Below are positions 28,463 to 38,576 of a stretch of 64,000 nt of DNA, in pieces (positions within the stretch are counted from its first letter, which is position 1; the number at the start of each line of letters is the position of its first letter). Source of the DNA: an uncultured virus (IMG/VR IMGVR_UViG_2822699256_000006) (Duplodnaviria; Heunggongvirae; Uroviricota; Caudoviricetes); the IMG/VR virus record IMGVR_UViG_2822699256_000006; one strand, 5' to 3'. The notes beneath the pieces are model-generated. The model did no database searches. It had not been told where the DNA came from and saw only the letters and a program-made list of their open reading frames with translations. Both the position numbers and the translations under genes were made by a program.

Positions 28463-30100
28463 ATGATTACAGAAGCGAAGAAGATGACAGGTATTGATGA
28501 GATTGGAACATTAATGAATTCAAGAAGAAAATGCATTCTAGTGCATACTTTTGAAGAAGAGCGATTCCAAGAAGATTTAAAAGTTATCGTTGAAGCAAAA
28601 TCTTATGAGGGATTTTCTTGGACTATCACATCTGGATTAATCGATATGATTACATTAGAACAAACAGAAAAGATTCATGATCCGGTAAAGATTTTAGATT
28701 ACATTGATAAATATGAAAAGCAAGCAATCTTTGTTATTAAAGATTTTCATGATATTTGGTCTAATTTCCAAGTAAAACGAAAGTTACGAGATATCTTAGA
28801 AAAACCTAGTAGCATATACAAAGCAATTATCTTAGTTTCACCACAAATAAACATCCCAATGGAATTAGAAAAACTAATTACTGTTGTTACATATGAGTTG
28901 CCTGACCGTGAGCAAGTCATTACTCAATTAGAAGGCATGGAAGTATACTTGCATGAAAATGGTCTGAAAGTCCCAGAAGGTCGTGAACGTGTTTCTATTA
29001 TTAATGCATTAATTGGTATGACTCAAGCTGAAATTATCAATGTATTAAAGAAATCTGTTGCTAAGAATAAACAAATCATTCTTGATGAAATTGTTGCAGA
29101 AAAAGAGCAAGTTATTAAGAAAACAGGATTACTGGAATACGTTACAAAGCTAGGGAATATGGACAATGTTGGTGGATTAGATATCTTAAAAGATTGGTTT
29201 AATGATGCTCATTATGCCTTTGATCATGAAGCAAGACAATATGGCATTGATCCAGTACGTGGAACAGTTGTCGCTGGATTCCCTGGTACAGGTAAATCAC
29301 TTGTATCTAGGTCTGTTGCTCATATGTGGAATTTACCTTTATTAAAGATGAATATGAGTGACATTATGGATTCAAAAGTTGGACAGTCTGAAAAGAATAT
29401 TGACCGTGCATTAAAATTAGCTGAAAGTGTATCACCTTGTGTATTGTGGATTGATGAGTTTGAAAAAGCATTATCAGGTATGGCTTCTTCTGATCGTTCG
29501 GACGGTGGTACTACTTCTCGTGTAATTCAATCTTTATTAACTTGGTTATCAGATAAGTTAGCACCAGTGTTTGTAATTGCAACAGCCAATGATATTACGA
29601 AGCTTCCTGCTGAATTAACTCGTGCAGGTCGATTTGATGACATCTTCTTTGTTTCACTTCCTGCACAACGTGAGCGTCAAGATATCTATAAAATTCATTT
29701 AACAAAACGAGGATATTCTATCTGCTCTGAATCAACAGGTTCAGATTGTTTTACTGAAAGTCAAATTGAAGAATTAGCCAAGATTTCAGAAGACTTTACT
29801 GGTGCAGAAATTGAACAGGTTGTTGCTGAAGCAGGAAGACGAGCTTATGCAGACTTTAAGAAAAACAATCGTGATGTTCATCATATTACAACTGAGGATA
29901 TGAAAGAACAAATTGAAAGGATTGTTCCTCTATCTAAACGCAATCCAGAGTTATTATCTGATTTACGTGAATGGGCTAAACATTCAGCTAAGTGTGCTTC
30001 TAGTGAGGAACATAAACACATTCACGGTGAAGATAAAAAAGGCTCTAATAAGCAACCTGCTCTATTTAGTATTAACGATCTTGAACTTAATAGTAAGTGA
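28463..30100 (+). CDS. Ycf46-like AAA+ ATPase
   Basis: TFEEER, KDFH, VGGLDILKDW, GFPGTGKS, LWIDEFEK, ATAND, RAGRFD. Confidence 0.85.
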   Translation: MITEAKKMTGIDEIGTLMNSRRKCILVHTFEEERFQEDLKVIVEAKSYEGFSWTITSGLIDMITLEQTEKIHDPVKILDYIDKYEKQAIFVIKDFHDIWSNFQVKRKLRDILEKPSSIYKAIILVSPQINIPMELEKLITVVTYELPDREQVITQLEGMEVYLHENGLKVPEGRERVSIINALIGMTQAEIINVLKKSVAKNKQIILDEIVAEKEQVIKKTGLLEYVTKLGNMDNVGGLDILKDWFNDAHYAFDHEARQYGIDPVRGTVVAGFPGTGKSLVSRSVAHMWNLPLLKMNMSDIMDSKVGQSEKNIDRALKLAESVSPCVLWIDEFEKALSGMASSDRSDGGTTSRVIQSLLTWLSDKLAPVFVIATANDITKLPAELTRAGRFDDIFFVSLPAQRERQDIYKIHLTKRGYSICSESTGSDCFTESQIEELAKISEDFTGAEIEQVVAEAGRRAYADFKKNNRDVHHITTEDMKEQIERIVPLSKRNPELLSDLREWAKHSAKCASSEEHKHIHGEDKKGSNKQPALFSINDLELNSK

Positions 30101-30109
30101 GGTGTCTAA

Positions 30110-30490
30110 ATGTATGATAAGCAACTAGTCAGAGAAAAAGTTTTAAAAATGTTAAATGAATACTCTCCAAGTGAAAAGCAATTCACTAGACAAGAAAACT
30201 TTCATAGAGCCGTATCATTTGCTTTAGATGAAGTTACCGAAATGGAACAAGCTTTTGATAAATTTGTTCAATCAGTAGGGCATTTGGAACTTTTTAAGGA
30301 GGTGGTACATCAACCATTAACTAAAGAAGGCACTAGAGTCTTTCAAAACCTAAGGTATCTGATTGAAAAGAATTACACGAAAGAAGAAACACAAAAGATG
30401 CCTGAAAATGTATTTAATCAAGTACAGTCATCACAGCAGCGTCGTGTAGAACTACTACAAAAAGTTGCTAAAAAATATCTAGCTAAATAA
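30110..30490 (+). CDS. hypothetical protein
   Basis: GAGGTG RBS. Confidence 0.7.
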   Translation: MYDKQLVREKVLKMLNEYSPSEKQFTRQENFHRAVSFALDEVTEMEQAFDKFVQSVGHLELFKEVVHQPLTKEGTRVFQNLRYLIEKNYTKEETQKMPENVFNQVQSSQQRRVELLQKVAKKYLAK

Positions 30491-30511
30491 TAAGAGGAGG
30501 AAGTAATAATT

Positions 30512-30895
30512 ATGTCACACTTTGCAGTTTATACTTGTAACGTTTCAAATATGGAGTTTGTTAAGAAAGGTCTTGCAGAAATGGGACTAGGTTTCAAAGA
30601 GAATACTCAAATCACTGATTGGTATGGTCAGAATCGCCAAGCAGAACTTGCTGTTGTAAAAGATGGAACTGTTTTACCACTTGGTTGGGTTCGTGAAAAC
30701 GGTGAACTTGGACTTCAAGCTGACTGGTATAAAGTGCCTTACTCTGAAAAGCAATTCACAGATCAAATTTCTCAGCTTCATTCCAAATATCAAGTCTTAG
30801 AAGTTTGTGAAGAAAATCGCTGGAATGTAGATGCAGAAGATATTACGATGAACGCTAATGGTGAAATTGAAATTATTGCAACACAATTCGCTTAA
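30512..30895 (+). CDS. DUF1257 (Ycf35-like) protein
   Basis: MSHF...L.EMG...GW......LQADW pattern; adjacent to Ycf46-like ATPase. Confidence 0.65.
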   Translation: MSHFAVYTCNVSNMEFVKKGLAEMGLGFKENTQITDWYGQNRQAELAVVKDGTVLPLGWVRENGELGLQADWYKVPYSEKQFTDQISQLHSKYQVLEVCEENRWNVDAEDITMNANGEIEIIATQFA

Positions 30896-30974
30896 TCAAT
30901 GCTCTTTTAATTATCATTTATACTAACTTAGGAGCAGGATTCTGTCCTGCTCTATAAAAGGAGATGTTATTTAT

Positions 30975-31202
30975 ATGACTGATTTTTTAATTGTCACATG
31001 CCAATCGTTTACTGATCCATCTGGAGTATTAGCAAGACCAGACGGAGAACCTGGGGGAGAAGGATGGATTTCATTACCTTCTAAAGAAGTTGTTTTAGGA
31101 ATTTATTCAGCAACTGAAGAAGAGGATGCTATTCAAAAAGCTGCCTATGAATATGGAGTCTCTACAGAAGTTCTTGCTTCTTATCAGCTTGCAAAATTAT
31201 AA
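30975..31202 (+). CDS. hypothetical protein
   Basis: AAGGAG RBS. Confidence 0.65.
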   Translation: MTDFLIVTCQSFTDPSGVLARPDGEPGGEGWISLPSKEVVLGIYSATEEEDAIQKAAYEYGVSTEVLASYQLAKL

Positions 31203-31222
31203 AATGAAAGCGAGGAATTAAG

Positions 31223-31792
31223 ATGGATTCATTAACTACAACAGAAAACAAATCAGAAAGAGTATTACTTGGCACAGTAGGTGTTGATACTGGTCAATTA
31301 TTCATTTCTGACCCTTCATATATTGAACATCAATGGACCCCTTTTTCTAAGGGTGAACTGCTATCCATTAAATTTTGGGGACAAGCATGTGAAAAAGTAA
31401 AAGCTTATTTAGAAAAAGAAGGGTATTCTATTTCTATTCATGGTGGCGCTTGTTACATAGATACTCCAAATAATACAAATTTATATGAATCACTAAAATC
31501 TAAAATCCATCATTATGCAACATCTATAGATGAAGTCATTGTTTGTGCACCACACACTACAAGTACATATGATTCTATCTCTGATCTTACTTTAAGTGAT
31601 AAAGGATATGGACAAACCACATGGCCTCATGGTGTTGCATTTACATCTGGTTTAGGTGATGGAACTTATAATGTTTATGGAACTATTCAAGATGTTAAAG
31701 GATGGGGAGAGCGTATTACCAAAGTAGAAATTGAATTAATTTCTGATGAATTTATTGCAGAGTTAGAAGCGGCGGGTGAAGATCATGCCTAA
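31223..31792 (+). CDS. DUF4241-like protein
   Basis: GVDTGQLFISD...SGLGDGTYNVY. Confidence 0.5.
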   Translation: MDSLTTTENKSERVLLGTVGVDTGQLFISDPSYIEHQWTPFSKGELLSIKFWGQACEKVKAYLEKEGYSISIHGGACYIDTPNNTNLYESLKSKIHHYATSIDEVIVCAPHTTSTYDSISDLTLSDKGYGQTTWPHGVAFTSGLGDGTYNVYGTIQDVKGWGERITKVEIELISDEFIAELEAAGEDHA

Positions 31793-32072
31793 TACTCAAA
31801 CAGTATTATTTGAATTAAGAGGTGTTCCAGTTGTAACAGCAACATCGCTTCGTATTCCTCAAGAAGAACGTAATTCTGATCTATATTATTATGATATACG
31901 TCATGCAGATTGCGGTTGGTGTGAACCTGCTACCATAGAGCCTTTTGTCATGGTTAACCATTATGGCACAATCGCTACGACACGTCCGTTAGAATTAAAT
32001 GATGGAACTGAATCAAATCAATATTTAGTACTAACTGATGAAGAGGGAAATTTAATTTCACAATATGCATAA
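31785..32072 (+). CDS. LPD28-like (large polyvalent protein-associated domain) protein
   Basis: RIP....LYYYDIRH.D....EPATIEPFVMVNHYGTI. Confidence 0.6.
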   Translation: MPNTQTVLFELRGVPVVTATSLRIPQEERNSDLYYYDIRHADCGWCEPATIEPFVMVNHYGTIATTRPLELNDGTESNQYLVLTDEEGNLISQYA

Positions 32073-32087
32073 GGAGTGGTAATTAGC

Positions 32088-32336
32088 ATGGCAATTGTAA
32101 AAATTGTATCAACAGAGGATATGGCTATTTTAGAAAAATATCTTAAAGATCAAGATAGTGTCATATTAATTCCTGAAGAAATTGCTAAAGAAAATAATGT
32201 AATGCATTTAAATGATACAACAAATGCTTATTATTCTTACCAATCAGAGCCTAATCTTTTTGTAGATATTGTTGATAATAAAGAGCATGGGTTCATGGAT
32301 TACTTAAATTTAAAAGAAAAAGGGGAAGTTGAATAA
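32088..32336 (+). CDS. hypothetical protein
   Basis: GGAGTGG RBS. Confidence 0.6.
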   Translation: MAIVKIVSTEDMAILEKYLKDQDSVILIPEEIAKENNVMHLNDTTNAYYSYQSEPNLFVDIVDNKEHGFMDYLNLKEKGEVE

Positions 32337-32551
32337 TGGAACAAACTAAAGTGCAATTCACTGTTAAACCAGGTGGAGCTATTAATATGGAAGTCGTTAA
32401 TGGAGTGGGTCAATCATGTGTTGATGTAACTCAAGAATTAGAAGTATCGTTAGCAAAAGCTGGTTCTAGAAAATCAGATGAAGGAAAGAAACCAGAGTAT
32501 TATGATGGTGGTGCAAACATTTCTGCATTCAATGATTTAACAGGAATGTAA
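32336..32551 (+). CDS. DUF2997 protein
   Basis: VQFTVKPGG...EV..GVGQSCVDVTQELE......KPEYY. Confidence 0.7.
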   Translation: MEQTKVQFTVKPGGAINMEVVNGVGQSCVDVTQELEVSLAKAGSRKSDEGKKPEYYDGGANISAFNDLTGM

Positions 32552-32624
32552 TACATATCATCACTGGATGGCGATACAGTCGCCCATCCTAATGAATAAG
32601 AAATGTTTACTTATAATAATGTAG

Positions 32625-33380
32625 ATTATTTCTTATTGATTAGGGTGTTCTCTTTTAGACTTTTTGTTCCACCCCTTAAAAGAGCCAACAAAGTCGAGTT
32701 TATATTTATTTGACTCCATAGGTGCGTATGAGTGTGAGTAAGGTTGCGGAGCTGCAGATCCAATGCTGAGATACGGCTTAATAGGCATACTAGGAAAAAT
32801 AGATGCGGTGCGCCCAATCCACTGTTAATGGGATATTGGGTAGTCTTGAAGGACGATAACCAGGACAGCTGACAGTCCTAAAAAGCCAAGAGAAGAGAAC
32901 TAAATGTTGGGTTCTCCAATTTACAGCCAAGCGGTGGGTGAGGGCATGTATAAGGGTAGTGGAGATGTGATACGCCTCCCTGACAGAAAAAGTGCGCAGA
33001 ATCTAAGGTCTTTCATCCTTTATTCCCCAAAACAAAAATAAAGGGTACTCCCAAATAAGCAGAGGGGTTAGTCATGTTCCTCCAAAACAACATGAAATTA
33101 TATTTTGTTCGCTCCCCTCTGTTTATTCGGGAGTTTTATAAATCAGATTGTCTCCTATAACTAATAATGCTGATTGAAGTAGGTGAAATCCCTACGCCCC
33201 CTTCAAAACTTAAAAATATTGGCAAAGATGTCTTGCGAGGATATATTTCTTCGCTCGTCATCACGTGAAATCAGGTATAAAAATATGCAAACGAGAGAGG
33301 AGAGCACACCCCTTAACCACCCTTTCCGCCTGATTTCGGGTGATGGCGATTATACATGGCCATTATTTAAACAAACGTTT
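32625..33380 (+). ncRNA. candidate large, highly structured ncRNA (GOLLD/ROOL-like size class; family not confirmed)
   Basis: about 750 nt with no credible ORF, raised GC, TATAAT at 32612-32617, many local helices and long-range complementarities. Confidence 0.65.
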
Positions 33381-33402
33381 GATTAATTAGGAGGAACAAG
33401 CC

Positions 33403-33657
33403 TTGCAAAGCAAATTAGCTCAATTAAAAGAACAGATTGCGGAAGCACAACAAATAGGGGCAAAGTTCATTTACATTATTGTAAAGAACCCAGAGCTTAA
33501 AGAGAATGAAATTATTATTAATCCTATTGTGAATGCAGATGCAAAAATTAAATACTTCGAAAAAGCATATGATGAAAATCTATGCCTAAAAAATAAAAAT
33601 GAAATTGAGATTGTTGATTTTGGATATTCTCATGAAATTTCTGATGAAGTTTTGTAA
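33403..33657 (+). CDS. hypothetical phage-like protein
   Basis: AGGAGG RBS; EIIINP..N...KIKY..KAYDENL pattern. Confidence 0.7.
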   Translation: MQSKLAQLKEQIAEAQQIGAKFIYIIVKNPELKENEIIINPIVNADAKIKYFEKAYDENLCLKNKNEIEIVDFGYSHEISDEVL

Positions 33658-33673
33658 TAAGGAGTGAATCATA

Positions 33674-35380
33674 TTGACAACAAAAGATGAAAAAGAAATC
33701 AAAGCAGGTGTAGAGCATGAAGCTGCCAATCCCAAAACTAGGACTCGCAAGCAAAATAGCACTAAAGCAACTAAGCAAAAACCCGCAACTAGCGAAAAAA
33801 CTGACAAACTGGAAAGCTCCGAAGAAAAAGTAGTATTAATGGTGCCAGTTATTAGTGATGAACCGGATATTTCTAAATACGTTACCAATGTAAAAGGAGA
33901 TGTATATGCCATCTCTGGCTTACCAGAAGAGTTTATCGCTACTTTATTTGCATGGGTATCCCGTTCACCTAAATCCTTTAAAGAGCATCTTAAAACCGCA
34001 TTAAAAGAACTTAACTATGAATCATCTGCTGGTCACTTTGGGGCTCTTACGGAAAAAGCAAAAGCCTTTCATGAGAAATGGACTGTTGGATATGGTCATA
34101 GTTCTGTAGCAGAACATGCTGTAGCTCACGTTGGCATAGAAAAGGTATCTCGATTAGCTTCTGCTGAATTAGAATTATCTAATCCATTTTTAAGTATTAC
34201 AGAGTATTCGCAGCGTTACCAGAAACCTAAACGAAATGAATGGTATAATCCATTCCCTGAATATGTGAGTCATAACGGTCCAACTAGGGATATGAAGCCT
34301 AGTACATGGCATCGTGAGTTTGAGAAGTTTATGCATGATTCATTTGATGCATTTGAACAACTTGTTGATGGGATATACACTGCTTTAAAGAAAGAATTTG
34401 TTAATACAAAAGAATATAAAGAGTTACAAGCAAAAGGAGATACAAAAGCGATTGATCGTGAATTATCCAAGTTAGAAAAATTAGCTTTTGAAGATGGACG
34501 ATATGCATTACCTTTAGCTATGTACACTCAATTAGGAATGACTGCAAATGGTCGTGCTTGGCGTGATTCGATTGCACAAATCGGAATATCTGACCATAAA
34601 GAAGTTCATGACCTTGGAGACAACTTAAAAACAGAAATCACTAAAGTGCTGCCTGTTTTATTGAAGTATGCAACACCTTCTCAATACCAGCAAAATTATA
34701 AAAAGAGAATGCAATCTCATTTTCATGATTCGGATTATAATACTTCAGGTCGCTCTAGCGTTAAATTACATACTGTAGATCATGAAGATACAGCAATAAA
34801 TGAAATTATTACACATCTACTTATTGAGAACGAAAGTTTAACATATGTAGCAGCAAACAACATAGTTAAAGTAATGGATAAAGAAAAGAAATTAGAAATG
34901 ATTCAGGATATGTTGTTTGAAATGCAACACTTTGACACTCCACCAGAATCATTCAAACAAATTCAATATAAAGCTTCTTTCTTAATTTCAGAAGCGAACT
35001 GGCATCAATTACTTCGACATAACAGAAAAACAGATTTTACATTTGCTAAGCCAACAACTAAATTTGGTATTAAGATCCCTCCAAGAGTTAAGAAATTTGG
35101 TCTTGAATATATCTTGGAAGACATTGCTAAGAAATCAGAGGAACTGTATAATAAGATGGTAAATGCATTACATAAATCAGAAGCTGAATATGTTGTACTG
35201 AATGCGCATAAGCGTCCAATTGCAGCTAGTTTCAATTTATGGGAAGCATATCACTTAATTAATCTTCGCACATCTGATGAAGCCCAATGGGATATCAGAG
35301 AAACATTTGAAGAATTATATGAATTCTTATGTGCAGTACACCCAACTTTGATTAGTAAAGCAAAACGTCGATTATCATAA
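33674..35380 (+). CDS. thyX: flavin-dependent thymidylate synthase, tandem two-domain form
   Basis: GHSSVAEHA, EYSQRY, RYALP, TANGRAW; second domain QLLRHNR...NL....HLINLRTS..AQWDIR. Confidence 0.85.
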   Translation: MTTKDEKEIKAGVEHEAANPKTRTRKQNSTKATKQKPATSEKTDKLESSEEKVVLMVPVISDEPDISKYVTNVKGDVYAISGLPEEFIATLFAWVSRSPKSFKEHLKTALKELNYESSAGHFGALTEKAKAFHEKWTVGYGHSSVAEHAVAHVGIEKVSRLASAELELSNPFLSITEYSQRYQKPKRNEWYNPFPEYVSHNGPTRDMKPSTWHREFEKFMHDSFDAFEQLVDGIYTALKKEFVNTKEYKELQAKGDTKAIDRELSKLEKLAFEDGRYALPLAMYTQLGMTANGRAWRDSIAQIGISDHKEVHDLGDNLKTEITKVLPVLLKYATPSQYQQNYKKRMQSHFHDSDYNTSGRSSVKLHTVDHEDTAINEIITHLLIENESLTYVAANNIVKVMDKEKKLEMIQDMLFEMQHFDTPPESFKQIQYKASFLISEANWHQLLRHNRKTDFTFAKPTTKFGIKIPPRVKKFGLEYILEDIAKKSEELYNKMVNALHKSEAEYVVLNAHKRPIAASFNLWEAYHLINLRTSDEAQWDIRETFEELYEFLCAVHPTLISKAKRRLS

Positions 35381-35411
35381 ACTAGTTATGAATCACCTCT
35401 CTTGAAGGGAG

Positions 35412-35606
35412 GTGAATTATATGGCAAACGTAGCAGGCATGGAAAAAGTGTTTAATGAGTTATTAAAGAAGTATGAAGGTGCAGCTCGTATTCGTGAATG
35501 GAATAATGCAGCTCGTGGTGTTCAATTAACGCAAAACATGAACGCTTTAAATACTGAACTCAAATCATTTAAAAAACGATTTGAAACAGCTAAAGCTGAA
35601 GCGTAA
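35412..35606 (+). CDS. hypothetical protein
   Basis: GGGAGG RBS; start may be 35421. Confidence 0.6.
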   Translation: MNYMANVAGMEKVFNELLKKYEGAARIREWNNAARGVQLTQNMNALNTELKSFKKRFETAKAEA

Positions 35607-35620
35607 TACACTTCTTGATT

Positions 35621-35656
35621 AAGAAAGCAGGCATAATATAATGTCTGCTTTCTTTT
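35621..35656 (+). terminator. intrinsic terminator
   Basis: aagaaagcaggcat...atgtctgctttctttt. Confidence 0.7.
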
Positions 35657-35690
35657 ATTTTGTAAAAAATTAAGTGGAAGGAGAATATTA

Positions 35691-36035
35691 ATGAAAGTTA
35701 CCTTATCAGTAGGTCATGTAAAACCCTACATTATTAAAAAAATAAATCATTTAAAAGAACTTGTTGAAATGCTCAATGAAGAACTGGAACAAGCTGATGA
35801 AAATTATAAGAAAAAATTAAACAAATATGAGCAAAAGCATCCTTTAATCCGATTTTTCACTTCCAGACCTGAACATCCTGATAAAGGCTTTATATCTGTT
35901 TATACAATAGTAAAAGTACGTAAGGAGAACATTGAAGAGAAAATCGATGATATTTCATGCCTATTATCTTCTTTAGATCATGCAACAAAAATAGAGCTAG
36001 ATGAAAAGGATATTGCTTATTATGGGATTGTTTAA
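35691..36035 (+). CDS. hypothetical protein
   Basis: AAGGAG RBS. Confidence 0.65.
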   Translation: MKVTLSVGHVKPYIIKKINHLKELVEMLNEELEQADENYKKKLNKYEQKHPLIRFFTSRPEHPDKGFISVYTIVKVRKENIEEKIDDISCLLSSLDHATKIELDEKDIAYYGIV

Positions 36036-36218
36036 AAGAAAAAAACTAATAGAGACACCATCCAGCGAAAGAATCTGTGAATGTGGATATCCAATCGCAA
36101 TGCCACCAAGAACAATGTATGAAGGTTTTGGTTATAAGAGAATTATTCGAGAGCACACTGATACATGCGTTAAGTGTGGCAAAATCAATAAAATTAATGG
36201 CTAGGAGTACAAAACAAT

Positions 36219-36467
36219 ATGAAACAAGAAGTACAAGTAACACAGCAAGCACCAATCGAAATATTTCCTTTTGCAGAAGCACCTGATAGATATAAATCAC
36301 TTGGTTTTATGAAAGGAAATGAACAATATATTATCGTCGGACAAGGTGGCTATTCTAAACAAGTGGAACAAATAGCAGAAGATACAAGCGGTGTGTATCA
36401 AATGATTAAATTTAATGATGAAAGTCAAAATGAATTGAAATCTATTGCTATTACATATTACGAGTAA
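36219..36467 (+). CDS. hypothetical protein
   Basis: AGGAG RBS. Confidence 0.6.
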   Translation: MKQEVQVTQQAPIEIFPFAEAPDRYKSLGFMKGNEQYIIVGQGGYSKQVEQIAEDTSGVYQMIKFNDESQNELKSIAITYYE

Positions 36468-36487
36468 GAAAGGATGTTTTGGAGGAC

Positions 36488-38485
36488 ATGACAACAGCAG
36501 TAGCAGAACAAACTAATTTAAATGCATTTGAAATGGCGAATATGTTAAATGAATTAAATGAACAACAACGTGAGGCAGCAAAAACCATTTATGGCCCTGT
36601 TCTAATTTTAGCTGGAGCTGGAAGTGGGAAGACAAAAACATTAACAGTACGTATTGCGAATATGCTCAGTCAAGGAGTGAATCCTGGCAACATTTTCTGT
36701 GCTACATTTACAAATAAAGCAGCTAAAGAGATGCAAGCACGTCTACAGAAAGTAGTTGGAGAAGAGCCGATGAAACACATTTGGATGGGAACGTTCCATA
36801 GCTTATGTGTAAGAATTCTCCGTAAGCATGGTCATTTATTAGGTTATGATCAAGATGAGAATAGTAAACGCTGCAAGTTTATCATTTATGATACTGGAGA
36901 TTGCTTGCAAGTTATTGAACGTGTCTATAAACAAATGAATATTCAAGATACATATAAACCTGGCTTTGCACTGCATTACATTGACCAGGCGAAGAATAAC
37001 TTATGGGATCCAGAATACTGCTTATATCATGTTGCAGAGACTACGGACCAACAGGTTATGGCTCAAGTATATGAAAAGTATCAATTTCATATGAAGCAAA
37101 TGAATGCAATGGATTTCAATGACCTTATCATGAACACTGTGGTTATTCTTAGAGATTTTGAAGAAGCTCGCAACTATTGGCAAAGTAAATTTCATTTTGT
37201 AATGTCTGACGAATATCAAGATGCTAACTATGCTCAATTTCAGTTATTACTACTGTTAGCAGCGCCGCATTATAACTTATTTACTGTTGGAGATGATGCA
37301 CAATCCATTTACGGATTCCGTGGTTCTGATATCAGTATTATCTTGAACTTCGAAAATCAATTCCCTCATGCAGCCATTATTAAATTAGAAAAGAATTATC
37401 GCTCTGTTGGTAATGTTGTTCATGCTGGTAATGAAATTATCAAATTTAATAAGCATCAAAAAGAAAAAACCTTAATCACAGATAAGCAGGATGGTGAACC
37501 TATTCGTATTGTGGGGTCAGCTACTGAATATCAGGAATCAGCTTATATTGCTGCAGTTATTAAGAGAAAGGTTTTAGCGGGAGAGTGTAAATGGGAAGAT
37601 TGCGCTATTTTATATAGAGGTAATGCCCAATCCCGCATAATTGAAGACTTCTTTAGAAATCAATTTATTCCATATACAATTTTAGGAGGTACGAGTTTCT
37701 ATGACAGGGAAGAAATCAAAGATATTGTGGCTTATTTACGGGTTATCGCTAATCGCAAAGATGACACAGCTATGCTTAGGATTATTAATAAGCCTACTAG
37801 AGGTATTGGAAAAACAACTCAAGACAAAGTAGAAGAATACGCAAATGAACATAACGTAAGTATTCATCGTGCACTTAAAAATGCTGGAGATATTCCAACG
37901 ATGAACAAACGATCAGCAGGGAAGGTAAGAGATTTTTTCGACTTATTAGATCACTTTGAAAAGAAAGCTGAATCTGGCTTGCTATTAACTACGTATGTGA
38001 AATACATTCTTGAGCAATCTGGCTTATGGAGACATTATGAAGCAGATAAGAAAGCTGAAGAAAAAGTAGATAATCTAAAAGAATTCCTTATTTTAATTGA
38101 TAAGTATCAAACGGAAAATCCTGAAAAAACATTAGAAGATTTCTTGCAAGAGATTTCATTGGTTACTGATACAGGCAAAAAGAATGAGATTGATTCCGTT
38201 AAACTTATGACAATGCATGCTTCAAAAGGACTAGAATTCCCTATTGTATTCTTAGTAGGATGGAATGAAGGCGTATTTCCTTCTTGGAGAAGTCAGAATG
38301 AAAAAGATTTAGAAGAAGAACGCAGATTAGCTTATGTAGGAATCACTCGTGCAGAAAAAGAGTTACACATTACATTTGCTGAACAACGATCACAACAGGA
38401 TGGAAAAACTAGAATACATAAACCTTCACGGTTCCTTGAGGAAATACCGCAGGAAATTGTTGAAAGTCACATGCTTACTCTATAA
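36488..38485 (+). CDS. pcrA: PcrA/UvrD-family superfamily 1A helicase
   Basis: AGAGSGKT, TFTNKAA, DEYQD, VGDDAQSIYGFRG, LEKNYRS, TMHASKGLEF, EEERRLAYVGITRA. Confidence 0.9.
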   Translation: MTTAVAEQTNLNAFEMANMLNELNEQQREAAKTIYGPVLILAGAGSGKTKTLTVRIANMLSQGVNPGNIFCATFTNKAAKEMQARLQKVVGEEPMKHIWMGTFHSLCVRILRKHGHLLGYDQDENSKRCKFIIYDTGDCLQVIERVYKQMNIQDTYKPGFALHYIDQAKNNLWDPEYCLYHVAETTDQQVMAQVYEKYQFHMKQMNAMDFNDLIMNTVVILRDFEEARNYWQSKFHFVMSDEYQDANYAQFQLLLLLAAPHYNLFTVGDDAQSIYGFRGSDISIILNFENQFPHAAIIKLEKNYRSVGNVVHAGNEIIKFNKHQKEKTLITDKQDGEPIRIVGSATEYQESAYIAAVIKRKVLAGECKWEDCAILYRGNAQSRIIEDFFRNQFIPYTILGGTSFYDREEIKDIVAYLRVIANRKDDTAMLRIINKPTRGIGKTTQDKVEEYANEHNVSIHRALKNAGDIPTMNKRSAGKVRDFFDLLDHFEKKAESGLLLTTYVKYILEQSGLWRHYEADKKAEEKVDNLKEFLILIDKYQTENPEKTLEDFLQEISLVTDTGKKNEIDSVKLMTMHASKGLEFPIVFLVGWNEGVFPSWRSQNEKDLEEERRLAYVGITRAEKELHITFAEQRSQQDGKTRIHKPSRFLEEIPQEIVESHMLTL

Positions 38486-38576
38486 TTTCTTGTTTTTCAA
38501 AGAGTTTCTTGCATTCTTTTACATATACAGATTATTATGAGTGTAAGGAACTTTTTTCTTAAAGGAGATGTTTTAT

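Noticed and set aside
32720..33360. Group II intron (GTGCG at about 32722 and 32808)
   Set aside because: No recognisable domain V/VI, no maturase ORF and no interrupted host gene.
33183..33386. 67-aa ORF (and 32626-32817 on the minus strand)
   Set aside because: No convincing RBS; both lie inside the heavily base-paired RNA candidate.
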